Assembly (NCBI RefSeq): GCF_004010195.1
Contig: NC_057720.1
Coordinates: 1,890,418-1,928,750 of the forward strand
DNA from: Chiloscyllium plagiosum
Taxonomy: Eukaryota
Direction of reading: 5' to 3'
DNA: 38,333 nt
Of this stretch, positions 1 to 10,297 are shown piece by piece. Made by a program: the position numbers and the translations under genes. Below the pieces are notes generated by a model. It did no database searches and was not told the origin of the DNA. It worked only from the letters and a program-made list of their open reading frames with translations. Every line of letters begins with the position of its first letter. Position 1 is the stretch's first letter.

Positions 1-627
1 TCATACACACACACACACACAAATACAGGTAATAAGCTTAAAAGGGAAACTGTCTGCTATAGACAGGGTTACACCATCAAACAGCCCATGGAGTCTCTGA
101 GGTGTTAGATTTTAAACTCATGGCCACTGTCAATTCATTGCTGATTTGTATCTGTAGCAGTTGCAGAATAAATAGGAATTCCGAGTTCCTGATGAATGGT
201 TGTGTTTTCAAGTTGCCTTTTCTCTGGGTATTGGTTTTCCACATGATGAAAGAAACAGACATTTTCAGAGACAGTTCCAGCCCTTGGTGTCACCAATTTA
301 TTTTTCCTTCTCTCTGCTTTGCTGTTCATAAAGCAGCTGTTGAAATACAGTCTACTGTGCATTCCAAAGTCTGGCTCCATAGTTTTTACAAGCTGGATAA
401 TTCCCAGTATGTGGAATTGTCATAGACATGCGAATGAATACAGTTAAGCAGATTTCTTGGCGCTGTCTCTGTTTCCTGGTTTCATCTTCTTTAAGTAAAA
501 ATGCTTATGTATATACAAATGAATTTGTTAATTTACATGGATCTTCCAAACCTTGCATCAGTCTGTGGTCAGGTGAGGACTGCAGCCATTGTAAACCCAC
601 TTTAGTCCATGAAAGATCTCAGAAAAA

Positions 628-750
628 TGAAAGCACACCAACATCTCTATTTTCTCAGGAGACTAAGGAAATTCAACATATCCATAGAGACTCTTTACCA
701 ACGTTTATAGATGCACTATAGAAAGCATTCTATCCAGTTGCATCACAGTT
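628..750 (+). mobile_element. Rex1/Babar-type LINE RT fragment
   Basis: Translates to KAHQHLYFLRRLRKF...YRCTIESIL, the same motif as the longer copy at 19190-20384. Confidence 0.75.
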
Positions 751-774
751 ACCTTTCATGCTTTTAGGGAGAGG

Positions 775-1112
775 AAGTAGCACAGTGGTAGTGTCACTGA
801 ACATATAATCCAGACCTTCAGGCTGATGTTTTGAGGACATGGGTTTGAATCCCACCCATGAGGATGGTGAAATTTGAATTCAATAAAAACTACAATAAAA
901 GAAAGTTTAGCTAATGGCAAACCATGGACCATCTCCCTCCCTAATGTTCTTCAGGGAAGGAAATCTGCCATCCTTACCTGGTCTGGCCTACGTGTGACTC
1001 CAGACCCATTGCAATGTGGTTGACTCTGAACTGCCCTCTGGGCAATTAGGGATGGGCATTAAATGCTGAGCTAGCCAGTGATACCCACATCCCGTGAGTG
1101 AGTAAAAGAAAT
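775..1112 (+). mobile_element. tRNA-headed SINE with L2-like 3' tail
   Basis: A-box-like TAGCACAGTGG and B-box-like GGTTTGAATCC. Body AAGGAAATCTGCC..TGGTCTGGCCTAC..GACTCCAGACCC is shared with 5232-5640 and 20965-21220. The tail is GGGCAATTAGGGATGGGCATTAAATGCTG. Confidence 0.7.
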
Positions 1113-1814
1113 TCCATGAATGGCACTATGTAATCACAAGTTGTTGTTGAACAATTGCACACTTGGCTCTGTAGTCACACACTCTGTCCATTACTGGTGT
1201 CCTTCTCCAACTCCTTCACATTGAGCAGGAGCTTGTAATGATCTGGAAGCATTTTACACCATCAAAATGTCCCGATTTGACATTAGCCAGTGAAGGAGAC
1301 CTTACAGCAACTCACAGATTCTTTAGTTAAGGAGGTCAGATAGAGAGTGTTGTAGAGGAGGAGGAGAAGATTTTACAAAGTTTTTACATCATGAAATCCA
1401 TAGAACAAAAAGAAAACCTAAAAACAACTCAAATGGGGCCAGAAATCAACCTTAATCAAACAACCTGCACAATCGCAGGGCATTCCAAAGTATTGCGCAG
1501 CCAACAATGTACTTTGGGAACACATTCACTGCTGAGCTGTTTCTGATCAGTTTCCTTGCACACTGTAACTTCAGTAAATTCCACAATCTCCCCACTGTCT
1601 GGGGCAAGATGTTTCTCCTGAATTCATTTGAAAATTAGAATCCGTACAGTGTGGAATCAGGCCCTTCAGCCCAACCAGTCTACATCGACCCTCCAAAGAG
1701 TAACCCACCCAGACCTATTCCCCCCTACCCTATATTTACCCCTGACTAATGCACCTAACCTACACATCCATGATTATTGTTGTGGTTCTGTTCGCCGAGC
1801 TGGCAATTTTTGTT

Positions 1815-1854
1815 GCAAACGTTTCGTCCCCTGTCTAGGTGACATCCTCAGTGC
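1815..1854 (-). ncRNA. Minimal type I hammerhead ribozyme motif (mirror copy)
   Basis: Reverse complement reads GCA-CTGAGGA-..-GAAAC-GTT-TGC, with a GUU triplet. Confidence 0.65.
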
Positions 1855-1983
1855 TTGAGAGCCTCCTCTGAAGCGCTTCTGTGGTGTTTTCTCCGGCATT
1901 TATAGTGGCCTGTCCCTGCCGCTTCCGGTTGTCTATAAATGCCGGAGGAAACACCACAGAAGCGCTTCACAGGAGGCTCCCAA

Positions 1984-2023
1984 GCACTGAGGATGTCACC
2001 TAGACAGGGGACGAAACGTCTGC
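1984..2023 (+). ncRNA. Minimal type I hammerhead ribozyme motif (PLE-type)
   Basis: GCA-CTGAGGA-TGTCACCTAGACAGGGGAC-GAAAC-GTC-TGC: CUGANGA and GAAA core, stem II, palindromic ACGT in place of stem III, GUC cleavage triplet, stem I GCA/TGC. Confidence 0.7.
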
Positions 2024-2693
2024 AACACAAATTCCCAGCTCGGCGAACAGAACCACAACAACGAGCACCCGAGCTACAAATCTTCACCCAAACTTTGAAT
2101 ATCCATGATTAATTTAGCATGGCCAACTCACCCATCCTGCACATCTTTGGTCTGTGGGAGGAAACCCACACAGACACGGGGAGAATGTGCAAACTCCACA
2201 CAGACAGTCGCCCAAGGCTGGAATTGAACCACGGTGCCTGGTGCTGTGAGGCAACATGCTAGCCACTGAGCTACCTTGCCACCCTCATTAGATCCATGGC
2301 CCCTGGTTCCGGTCTCCCAGCAAATAGAGATGTCTTCTCCAGCCAATCAAACCCTTTTCATGCCCTCGAGCAGGTCACCCTTGGTTTGAATCTGACTGTG
2401 AAGGCTGTGTGGCACTCTCACTGGCCGTTGGTCATTAACTAGATAACGCCTGCAGTTTCCAATCATTCAACACATCCCTCACCCACGCACTACACACCAC
2501 AGGACTTCAATACATTCCACAGAATGGCAAAAACAAGAGACCCAATCATTGATTTGTGAATACTGCTGATGGCCCCCAAACCTCTCGCAGGAGGCACTGA
2601 GAACCATTGCAGTGTGGTCCCACTGCCACACCCTCGGGATTCATTCACTCTGATCTATGGTGTCATTCCAAACTCCTAATCAAAATATCAGGA

Positions 2694-2990
2694 AAAGAAC
2701 TTGCATTTCTGTAGTGCCTCCAACAATTGAGGAGAAACCAAAGCAGTTTATATACAAGGAAATACTTAGTCCCGGTTGTAGTGGAGCAAATCTGGCAGAA
2801 CAGCAAGCTCCCACAAACAGCAATATAATAAGCACAAGCTCAGGTATTTGTGTAACATTGACTGAGATAAACATTGACCAGAACAGTGGGGAGACGTCTG
2901 CAGCATGTGACCTAAATAGTGGTCTAGAGCCTTTTCAATTCACTTCAGACATCAGACAGAGTCACGTTCAATGTCTCGTTTAAAAGATAA
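2694..2990 (-). mobile_element. Degenerate DeuSINE-like (SacSINE1-like) element
   Basis: AACTTGCATTT.T.TAGTGCCT, CAGCAAGCTCCCACAAACAGCAAT and GTTCAATGTCTCGT..AAAGA motifs recalled from the reverse strand of Deu-domain SINEs. Confidence 0.55.
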
Positions 2991-3258
2991 AGGAAGGAGT
3001 GAAATCAATGTAAGCTGCAGGTGCAATAAGCCACTGAACACTGTCTGCCTTTCTCCCCCACATAATCCAGTATCTGCAGTAATTTGCTCCTGCGATAACC
3101 TCCAATTGATCGACAAAAACCCAGGAAGGGTATTGTGTATTGCTGAATTATCCTGGAGAGCATGTTGCTACCCAAGGACATTGTTATCCCCACAGAATCA
3201 AGCACCCTCATTTAATTCTGACAAATGTTCCTAATTTATCCTTTGATCATCACCACCT

Positions 3259-4433
3259 CAGACCTGTCCCCATCTGCACTGTATCTCAGCATTATACAGA
3301 GATAGACCTGTCCCCACCAGTACTGTAACCCAGTGTTATACAGTGACAGACCTGTCCCCACCAGTACTGTACCACAGTGTTATACATTGGCAGACCTCTC
3401 CCACCAGTACTGTAACCCAGTGTTATACAGTGACAGACCGGTCCCCACCAGTACTGTATCCCAGTGTTATACAGTGACAGACCTGTCCCCACCACTACCG
3501 TACCCAGTGTTATACAGTGACAGACCGGTCCCCACCAGTATTATACCAGTGTTATACAGTGACAGATCTGTCCCCACCAGTACTGTAACCCAGTGTTATA
3601 CAGTGACAGACCTGTCCCCACCAGTACTGTACCCCAGTGTTATACAGTGACAGACCTGTCCCCACCAGTACTGTACCACAGTGTTATACAGTGACAGACC
3701 TGTCCCCACCAGTACTGTACCCCAGTGTTATACAGTGACAGACCGGTCCCCACCAGTACTGTAACCCAGTGTTATACAGTGATAGACCTGTCCCCACCAG
3801 TACTGTACCCCAGTGTTATACAGTGATAGACCTGCCCCNNNNNNNNNNNNNNNNNNNNNNNNNNNNNNNNNNNNNNNNNNNNNNNNNNNNNNNNNNNNNN
3901 NNNNNNNNNNNNNNNNNNNNNNNNNNNNNNNNNNNNNNNNNNNNNNNNNNNNNNNNNNNNNNNNNNNNNNNNNNNNNNNNNNNNNNNNNNNNNNNNNNNN
4001 NNNNNNNNNNNNNNNNNNNNNNNNNNNNNNNNNNNNNNNNNNNNNNNNNNNNNNNNNNNNNNNNNNNNNNNNNNNNNNNNNNNNNNNNNNNNNNNNNNNN
4101 NNNNNNNNNNNNNNNNNNNNNNNNNNNNNNNNNNNNNNNNNNNNNNNNNNNNNNNNNNNNNNNNNNNNNNNNNNNNNNNNNNNNNNNNNNNNNNNNNNNN
4201 NNNNNNNNNNNNNNNNNNNNNNNNNNNNNNNNNNNNNNNNNNNNNNNNNNNNNNNNNNNNNNNNNNNNNNNNNNNNNNNNNNNNNNNNNNNNNNNNNNNN
4301 NNNNNNNNNNNNNNNNNNNNNNNNNNNNNNNNNNNNNNNNNNNNNNNNNNNNNNNNNNNNNNNNNNNNNNNNNNACCTGTCCCCACCAGTACTGTACCCC
4401 AGTGTTATACAGTGATAGACCTGTCCCTACCAG
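3259..4433. repeat. 44-bp tandem satellite
   Basis: Unit GACCTGTCCCCACCAGTACTGTA(A/C)CCCAGTGTTATACAGTGACA, about 13 copies before the gap and continuing after it. Confidence 0.95.
3839..4374. other. Assembly gap (536 N)
   Basis: Run of N inside the satellite. Confidence 1.
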
Positions 4434-4659
4434 TCAAAAGTGAGGACTGCAGATGCTGGAGATCAGAGTCGAGATTAGAGTGATGCTGGAAAAGCACAGC
4501 AGGTCAGGCAGCATCTGAGGAGCAGGAAAATTAATGTTTCAGGCAAAAGCACCTCATCAGGAAAGCGCTCGCTGATGAAGGGCTTTTGCCCGAAACATCG
4601 ATTTTCCTGCTCCTCAGATGCTGCCTGACCTGCTCTGCTTTTCCAGCACCACTCTAATC
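4434..4659. mobile_element. Palindromic PLE-derived element with hammerhead motifs on both strands
   Basis: Inverted repeat 4473-4560 / 4572-4659. CTGATGA-AGGGCTTTTGCCC-GAAAC-ATC at 4572-4599 and a degenerate mirror copy. Inserted at the end of the 44-bp satellite. Confidence 0.75.
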
Positions 4660-4709
4660 CTATCCCCATCAGTACTGTACCAGAGAAATCATTCTAATGG
4701 ATTACTCAC

Positions 4710-5194
4710 CAGAGCCAAACTGATGGGCTGAATGTCTCTTGTATGTGCTGAATCTTTACAGCAGATTTTTAAATTTATTTCAGTACCAACTTTTGCTTCA
4801 AAGTCCTTTCTGTTAATCGACTCAGGAGGATGTAATACAGTAAGAGTGTTACACTGATATATGGTGTTTTTGGAGGAGGGATGTTATTCCTTACTTATTT
4901 GAATTATATTTTTCTGTAGTGTTCAATGATTTATTTTCTGTTGTTGCTGTCGCTGAACAAAAAGGAACAGCACAGACTGAGAGACAATGGCCAGGAAGCT
5001 CAGAGGCTGCGTGTGAACATGCAGCAAGGTCCTGATCAGCTTGTTCTGATGAATGTCCGTATCAATCTCTGAATGGAGTTCATTGCTGTGTGTGTGTCAT
5101 GGGGCTGAACCGAAACAATATCAACACTGAATATTCAAAACAGCAAATCTCTCCTGTACCTGCCTCGTGAGGTTCCAATCTAATTTAAGCCATG
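4710..5194 (-). other. Candidate exon of a minus-strand transcript (probably non-coding/UTR)
   Basis: Acceptor (CT)n-GTGTCTTTCAG|C at 5195 and donor CTG|GTGAGT at 4709. Unique sequence with no open frame across its full length. Confidence 0.3.
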
Positions 5195-5231
5195 CTGAAA
5201 GACACAGAGAGAGAGAGAGAGAGCGCGTAAG

Positions 5232-5640
5232 GGGGTTATATCATGTGGTTATATTATTGAACTGCTAATCCAGTGACTGTTGCGTAGAATTACTCACACT
5301 CCACAGTTCACAAACAGGCCATTGGGCCCAACTACACCAGGTTAATGCAGAAACACAGGTCATGGTGTTGGAACATGGGTACGAATCCCATGAGCGCAGT
5401 TGGAGGAATTTGAATGTAATTTTTAAAACTCTGGAATTAAGAGTCTAATGGTAGGCAAAACCATTGCCAATTGTCAGAAAAGGCCATCTGGTTCATTAAT
5501 GTCCTTTAGGGAAGGAAATCTGTCTGGCCTACATGTGACTCCAGACCCACAGAAATGTGTCTCAACTGCCCTCTGGGTAATAAGGAATGAGCAGTAAATG
5601 CTGGCCCCAACGTAATACCTGCATCTACGAATGAATGGAC
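5232..5640 (+). mobile_element. tRNA-headed SINE, same family as 775-1112
   Basis: Shared body CTAATG..CCATCTGGTTCATTAATGTCCTTTAGGGAAGGAAATCTG..GACTCCAGACCCACAG and shared tail. Confidence 0.65.
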
Positions 5641-6074
5641 GAACAAAGACACACTGCCGTTTCTGGCCCACCATGCTCCCTCACAATCTCCCTCCATCTC
5701 CGTCCAGCTCTGCATCATTTGGTTCCTCTGTTTCTCTTGGTCATGTCTCAATCCAAATTCCCCCTTAAATATATTGAGATTGTCCATATTTTCCCCAATC
5801 CCTGGGGAGAGAGGTTTCTGCAGAATTGACAATTGGATTCATGTGAAAGGTAACAACAGATTCCCTTGTTCATAACAAGAGGAGTTTGAGTTGCAATGTG
5901 AAGCCTGACAATTTGTGTTCAGCTGTAATCAATCTGGGAGATATGTTGGGGGTGAAGCTAGAGCCCCACACGGGATTGTCTTTATAAACCCCTCCTTGGA
6001 GGAGGACAGCTGCTGCCCTTTCCCTTAGTCTGGCTCAACACTTGACTCCAGGCCTTTACAAAATGATTGACCCT

Positions 6075-6178
6075 TTTTGTTCCAAGATGTAATGACACCT
6101 TCCTGAAGCAGGTGGGACTTGAACCCAGGCCTTCTGGATCAGAGGTAGGGACACTCCCGCTACACCACAACAGCCCCC
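6075..6178 (-). mobile_element. tRNA-derived SINE head
   Basis: Minus strand GGGGCTGTTGTGGTGTAGCGG (A box) and GGTTCAAGTCC (B box). Confidence 0.6.
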
Positions 6179-6480
6179 AAAAGCAGTTGACTCTTATCTG
6201 CCCTCTGAAGGGGAACCATTTCAAACTGACATCTCGCTGACACCTTCTCCACTGGGGCTAGGCAAAAATTGTGGTCCTTGTCAGTGATTGACACACCCTC
6301 CCCCCAACACAGATTCTGCATCAAGACCCAAACACAAAGAAGGACAGAAGTGGGCCATTTGGCCCCACAAGCCTGCACCATTTTAGTGACTGGTACAAGG
6401 GCCAGGTGGATCTAATTGACTGTAAGACCCCTGATTGGGGTGGTTAGCCTGGGCCAAACAGGGAGCCCTGGCTGACAGAG

Positions 6481-8344
6481 ATGAACAGGAGGGTAATAAG
6501 CACTATCGCTGTTAGCCAGTACTGTGGGGAGAAAATAAGAAAAAAAAGAGAAAAAATTCAAAATAAACAGGAGTGTCTACCACTGATAGGAGAGCTTTCC
6601 TTTTTCGTCTCTCCCCCTTGTTTCAGGTAGACTTTGTTTTGATTTTTTGTTTTATTTTATTGTTTGCTGTGATTGTTTTTTCTAGGTTTTGAGAAAAAAG
6701 AAAAATAAATAAACAGGAGTGTAATAAGGACTACTGCTGTGAGACGGTAGTGTGGGGGGAGGGGAGGAAAAATATTTTAAAAATAAAAGAAGGATAAATA
6801 GAAAAAGAATTTTAAAAAAATAAATAGGTGTGTTAGAGGCTCTGTTCTCTCTGAAAAAAAGAGAAAAAATAATAAACAGGAATGTCCTCTGCCTTTGGGA
6901 GTGGACCAAAACCCCTGTGAGTTAACTGCACCTTTACGACGTACTGTGTTCCTGAGAGTGGGCCTGGTTCTCTATGGATGGGCCAGGCCTCTATAGAGAC
7001 TGAACACCCGTGTGTGTGCTGTAGGGTGGGCATTTGTTGCCTTCAGGAGTGGACTCTACCATTTGGAGTGGACTCCATTTTGGACAATGCACCTCAAAAA
7101 CTGGAGTAGACTCTGTTCGTGAGAATGGACTCTACATTTAGAAGACTCTATATCTGGTCTCTGTGCACCAGAAAGGACTCTGTGTTTTTTGGTAATTAAC
7201 TGTGTATTGTGCTGTTGTTGGGTCTATCACCTGCACTGTCTTGCGTGTCCCTGGGTCTGGCAGGCCTTACTGTGAGTTGGGAGGCTCATGGGTCGTCCTA
7301 AAAGTTGTCACCCTGAGAGCCGGAGGGTGGGCAGGCCATCCTGTGAACCTGAAGGTTGGTTGGCTGTCCCAAAAGCCAGAGGGTGGGTAGGCCACCCTGA
7401 TGCCAGTCGCCCTGAGAGCCAGATGGTGGGTTGGCCGTTCTGAGCGCTGTCGTCCTGAGAAGGGGTAATCGGGACGGGCTGTCCTAGAGGTGGTCAAAAG
7501 GTGTGCCAGAGCAGCCGAGAGGCAGAAGGCGCGTAGGGGCGTGCTGAGATCCGGACGGCTTGTGGGCTATCCTGCACGCTGTCGTCCCAGGGAAGGGGAC
7601 GGGCTGTCCTAGAGGTGGCCGGAAGGTGTGCCAGGATATCCCACTTGCCGGACGGCGCATCGGGATGGGTGAGAGCCCAATGGTACGTAGGGGCAGACCG
7701 AGAGCCAGAAGGCGGGTAGCCATCCTCAGTGCTGTCACTCCAGGCAGGTACCGGGGCAGGCTGTCCTAGAGGTGGTCGAAAGGTGCTGAGGGTGGTTAGT
7801 GAACCCGGAAGGTGGGTAGGCTGTCCTGACCGCTGTCACCCCGGGCGAGTACCGGGGCGGGCTGTCCTAGAGGTGGTCGAAAGGTGCTGAGGGTGGTTAG
7901 TGAACCCGGAAGGTTAGGCTGTCCTGACCGCTGTCACCCCGGGCGGGTACCGGGGCGGGCTGTCCTAGAGGTGGTCGAACGGTGTGCCAGGGCGGACCGA
8001 GAACTGGATCGAGAGCCGGAAGGTGTGTAGGGGCGAGCTGCCTTAGAGGTCGGAAGGTGGGAGGGACAGGGGCTTGCTGGGTCTGTATTGTATGCACTTT
8101 TTTATGTAACTGGATTGTCCTTTTATGTACAAATGTCATTGTCACTGTCTTTTATGTGAAACCAGGATTTGAGGTTTGTCCTCATCTCCCTGTAAACTGG
8201 TTGAACGGTAGGGTTTGGGGCCTGGCTTTGCTGCTCCTCTCCCTTGTAAAATTGCTGTTGTATACAGCTGTAAATGTTAACTGTTTTTTGTAATTTGTGT
8301 TTTGTAATTTGTTTAATAAGATACTATAAACAGGAGAAAAAAAA
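6481..8344 (+). mobile_element. Non-coding element, tandem unit A (unclassified, putatively target-specific)
   Basis: Begins ATGAACAGGAG. Four short A-tailed modules, then a GC-rich body with internal repeats, then GTTTAATAA and TATAAACAGGAG. Confidence 0.7.
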
Positions 8345-9906
8345 ATGAACAGGAGGGTAATAAGCACTATCGCTGTTAGCCGGTACTGCGGGGAGAAAAT
8401 AAGAAAAAGAAGAGAAAAAATTCAAAATAAACAGGAGTGTCTACCACTGATAGGAGGAGAGCTTTCCTTTTTTGTCTCTCCCCCTTGTTTCAGGTAGACT
8501 TTGTTTTGATTTTTTGTTTTACTTTATTGTTTGCTGTGATTGTTTTTTCTAGGTTTTGAGAAAAAGAAAAATAAATAAACAGGAGTGTAATAAGGACTAC
8601 TGCCGTGAGACGGTAGTGTGGGCGGGGGGGGGGGGGGGAGGAAAAATATTTTAAAAATGAAAGAAGGATAAATAGAAAAAGAATTTTAAAAAATAAATAG
8701 GAGTGTCAGAGGCTCTGTTCTCTCTGAAAAAAGAGAAAAAATAATAAACAGGAACGTCCTCTGCCTTTGGGAGTGGACCAATCCCCCGTGAGTTAACTGC
8801 ACCTTTACGACTGTGTTCCTGTGAGTGGGCCTGGTTCTCTATGGATGGGCCAGGCCTCTATAGAGACTGAACACCTGTGAGTGTGCTGTGGGGTGGGCAT
8901 TTGTTGCCTTCAGGAGTGGACTCTGCCCTCAGTGGCAGACTCTGTTTTTGGCAATGGTCTCTGCAGTTTGGCGTGGACTCTATTTCTGACAATGCACTTT
9001 GTATACTGGTGTGGGCTCTGTCCCTGGGAATGGACTCTACATTTTGAAGAGAACTGTTTATGGTAATAGACTCTGTGTACCAGAAAGGACTCTGTTGGGG
9101 TCTTGTTGCTTGTTGGGGTTATCACCTGCACTGTCTAGAGTGTCCCTGGGTCTGGAATGCCTTACTGTGAGCTGGGAGGCTCATAGATCCTCCTGAAAGA
9201 TGTCACCCTGAGAGTTGGAGGGTGGGTAGTCCGTTCAGAGCACTGTCGTCTCGAGAAGGCATAATTGGGACGGGCTGTCCTAGAGTTGGCCGGAAGGTGT
9301 GTCAGAGCGGCCGAGAGCCAGAAGGTGTTTTGGGGCAGGTTGAGATCCGGAAGGCTTGTGGGCTACCCTGCACGCTGTCGTCCCAGGGGAAGGGGACGGG
9401 CTGGCACAGAGGTGGCCAGGAGGCACAAAGGGCAGTTAGGGAAGCCGAAAGATGGGTAGGCCGTCCTAGCTGCAGTCATCCTGGTGGTGGGGGGGGGAAG
9501 CAGGATGGGCTATGCTAGAAGTGACCAGAAGGTGTGTCAGGGTGGACCGAGCTGGAAGGGACACAGAGCAGACTGTGAGCCGGAAGGGGCATGGGACAGG
9601 CTGCCTTAGAGTGGCCGGAAGGTGGGAGGGATGGGAGGCTTGCTGGGTTGCTGGGGGGGGTCTGTATTCTATGCACTGTTTCTTATCTATATGGACTGCT
9701 TTATATGTATTTGTTAATGCTACCGTTTAGTAATGACTGAAAGTGGGATTTGAGGTTTGTCCTCCTTTCCCTGAAAACTGGTTGAACAGTGGGGTTTGGG
9801 GCCTGGCTTTGCTACTCCTCTCCCTTGTCGATTGCTGTTTCTCTGAATGAGACCATCAATGTTAACCGTTTGTAAACTCTACTGTTTAATAAAATAATAA
9901 AAATTA
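8345..9906 (+). mobile_element. Non-coding element, tandem unit B
   Basis: Near-identical to unit A over about the first 570 bp, with a more diverged body. Ends AATAAAATAATAAAAATTA just before ACAAACAGGAGTATCAGAG. Confidence 0.7.
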
Positions 9907-10037
9907 ACAAACAGGAGTATCAGAGAGTGTCCTCCCTCTCGGGACAGGCTCTGAGCTGGCTGGTCACAGTGCATACACTGTGTTGTTAATAAAGAGTGAT
10001 AGGGTGATGGGATACCCGCCTGTGTGCAGGTATTTCA

Positions 10038-10297
10038 TCCACCATTCAATGTGATCATAGCTGATCAACCAACTCAGTTCCCTGTGCCTATTTTCTCCCC
10101 CATTCCCTTTGATGCCTTTGGTCCTAAGAACTCCTTCTTCAAAACATTTAATGTTTTAGCCTTGACCACTTTCTGTGGCAGAGAATTCCCCAGGCTCCCC
10201 GATCTCTGAGTGAAGCCATTTCTCCTCATCCCAGACCGAAATGGCCTGACTTGTGTCCTTTGACTGTGAGCCCTGGTTCTGGACTCCCCAGTCATCA
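10038..10297 (-). mobile_element. CR1 LINE 3' fragment
   Basis: Minus ORF segment NSLPQKVVKAKTLNVLKKEFL resembles the CR1 ORF2 C-terminus, followed by a CR1 3' UTR. Confidence 0.8.

Larger units (their letters stand above)
1777..2100. mobile_element. Penelope-like mini-element: inverted pLTR pair with 3' tail
   Basis: Inverted repeat 1777-1905 / 1933-2061 plus a ~39-nt tail. Flanked by an 11-bp TSD ATCCATGATTA (1766-1776, 2101-2111). Architecture matches 33810-36107. Confidence 0.85.
1638..2284 (-). mobile_element. HE1/V-SINE-like shark SINE, interrupted by a PLE mini-element
   Basis: Minus strand reads GGGTGGCAAGGTAGCTCAGTGG..GGTTCAATTCC..TGTGTGGAGTTTGCACATTCTCCCCGTGTCTG, followed by a CR1-like tail. 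It matches the SINEs at 16480-17062. Confidence 0.85.
6391..10037 (+). mobile_element. Solo-LTR-like element (6391-6491 and 9907-10037) split by a 3.4-kb insertion
   Basis: Rejoined halves give about 220 bp: TG start (5' edge approximate), dyad CCCTGATTGG/CCAAACAGGG CCAAT boxes, TATA-like A(T/C)(G/A)AACAGGAG, AATAAA at 9988-9993 and terminal TATTTCA. It sits inside a CR1 3' end (6335-6380 / 10038-10297). Confidence 0.65.

Noticed and set aside
127..138. 12-nt match (ATGAATTGACAG, minus strand) to the 3' part of miR-192/215, tempting given the HNF1 sites
   Set aside because: Seed region absent, no evident precursor hairpin and no miR-194 match nearby.
77..425. Overlapping 61-107 aa ORFs in unique sequence
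   Set aside because: No recognisable domain, in-frame stop just upstream of the 135-380 ORF and no convincing splice sites.
3769..4443. 200+ aa ORFs
   Set aside because: They run through the N gap and satellite.
6481..6890. True CRISPR array
   Set aside because: Eukaryotic context, repeats only ~11-15 bp, spacers of very uneven length with A-tails, and no cas genes. The resemblance is architectural only.
7202..8293. Arg/Gly/Pro-rich ORFs in the inserted units as a possible gag or ORF1
   Set aside because: Short, not conserved in frame between units A and B, and expected from GC-rich repeats.
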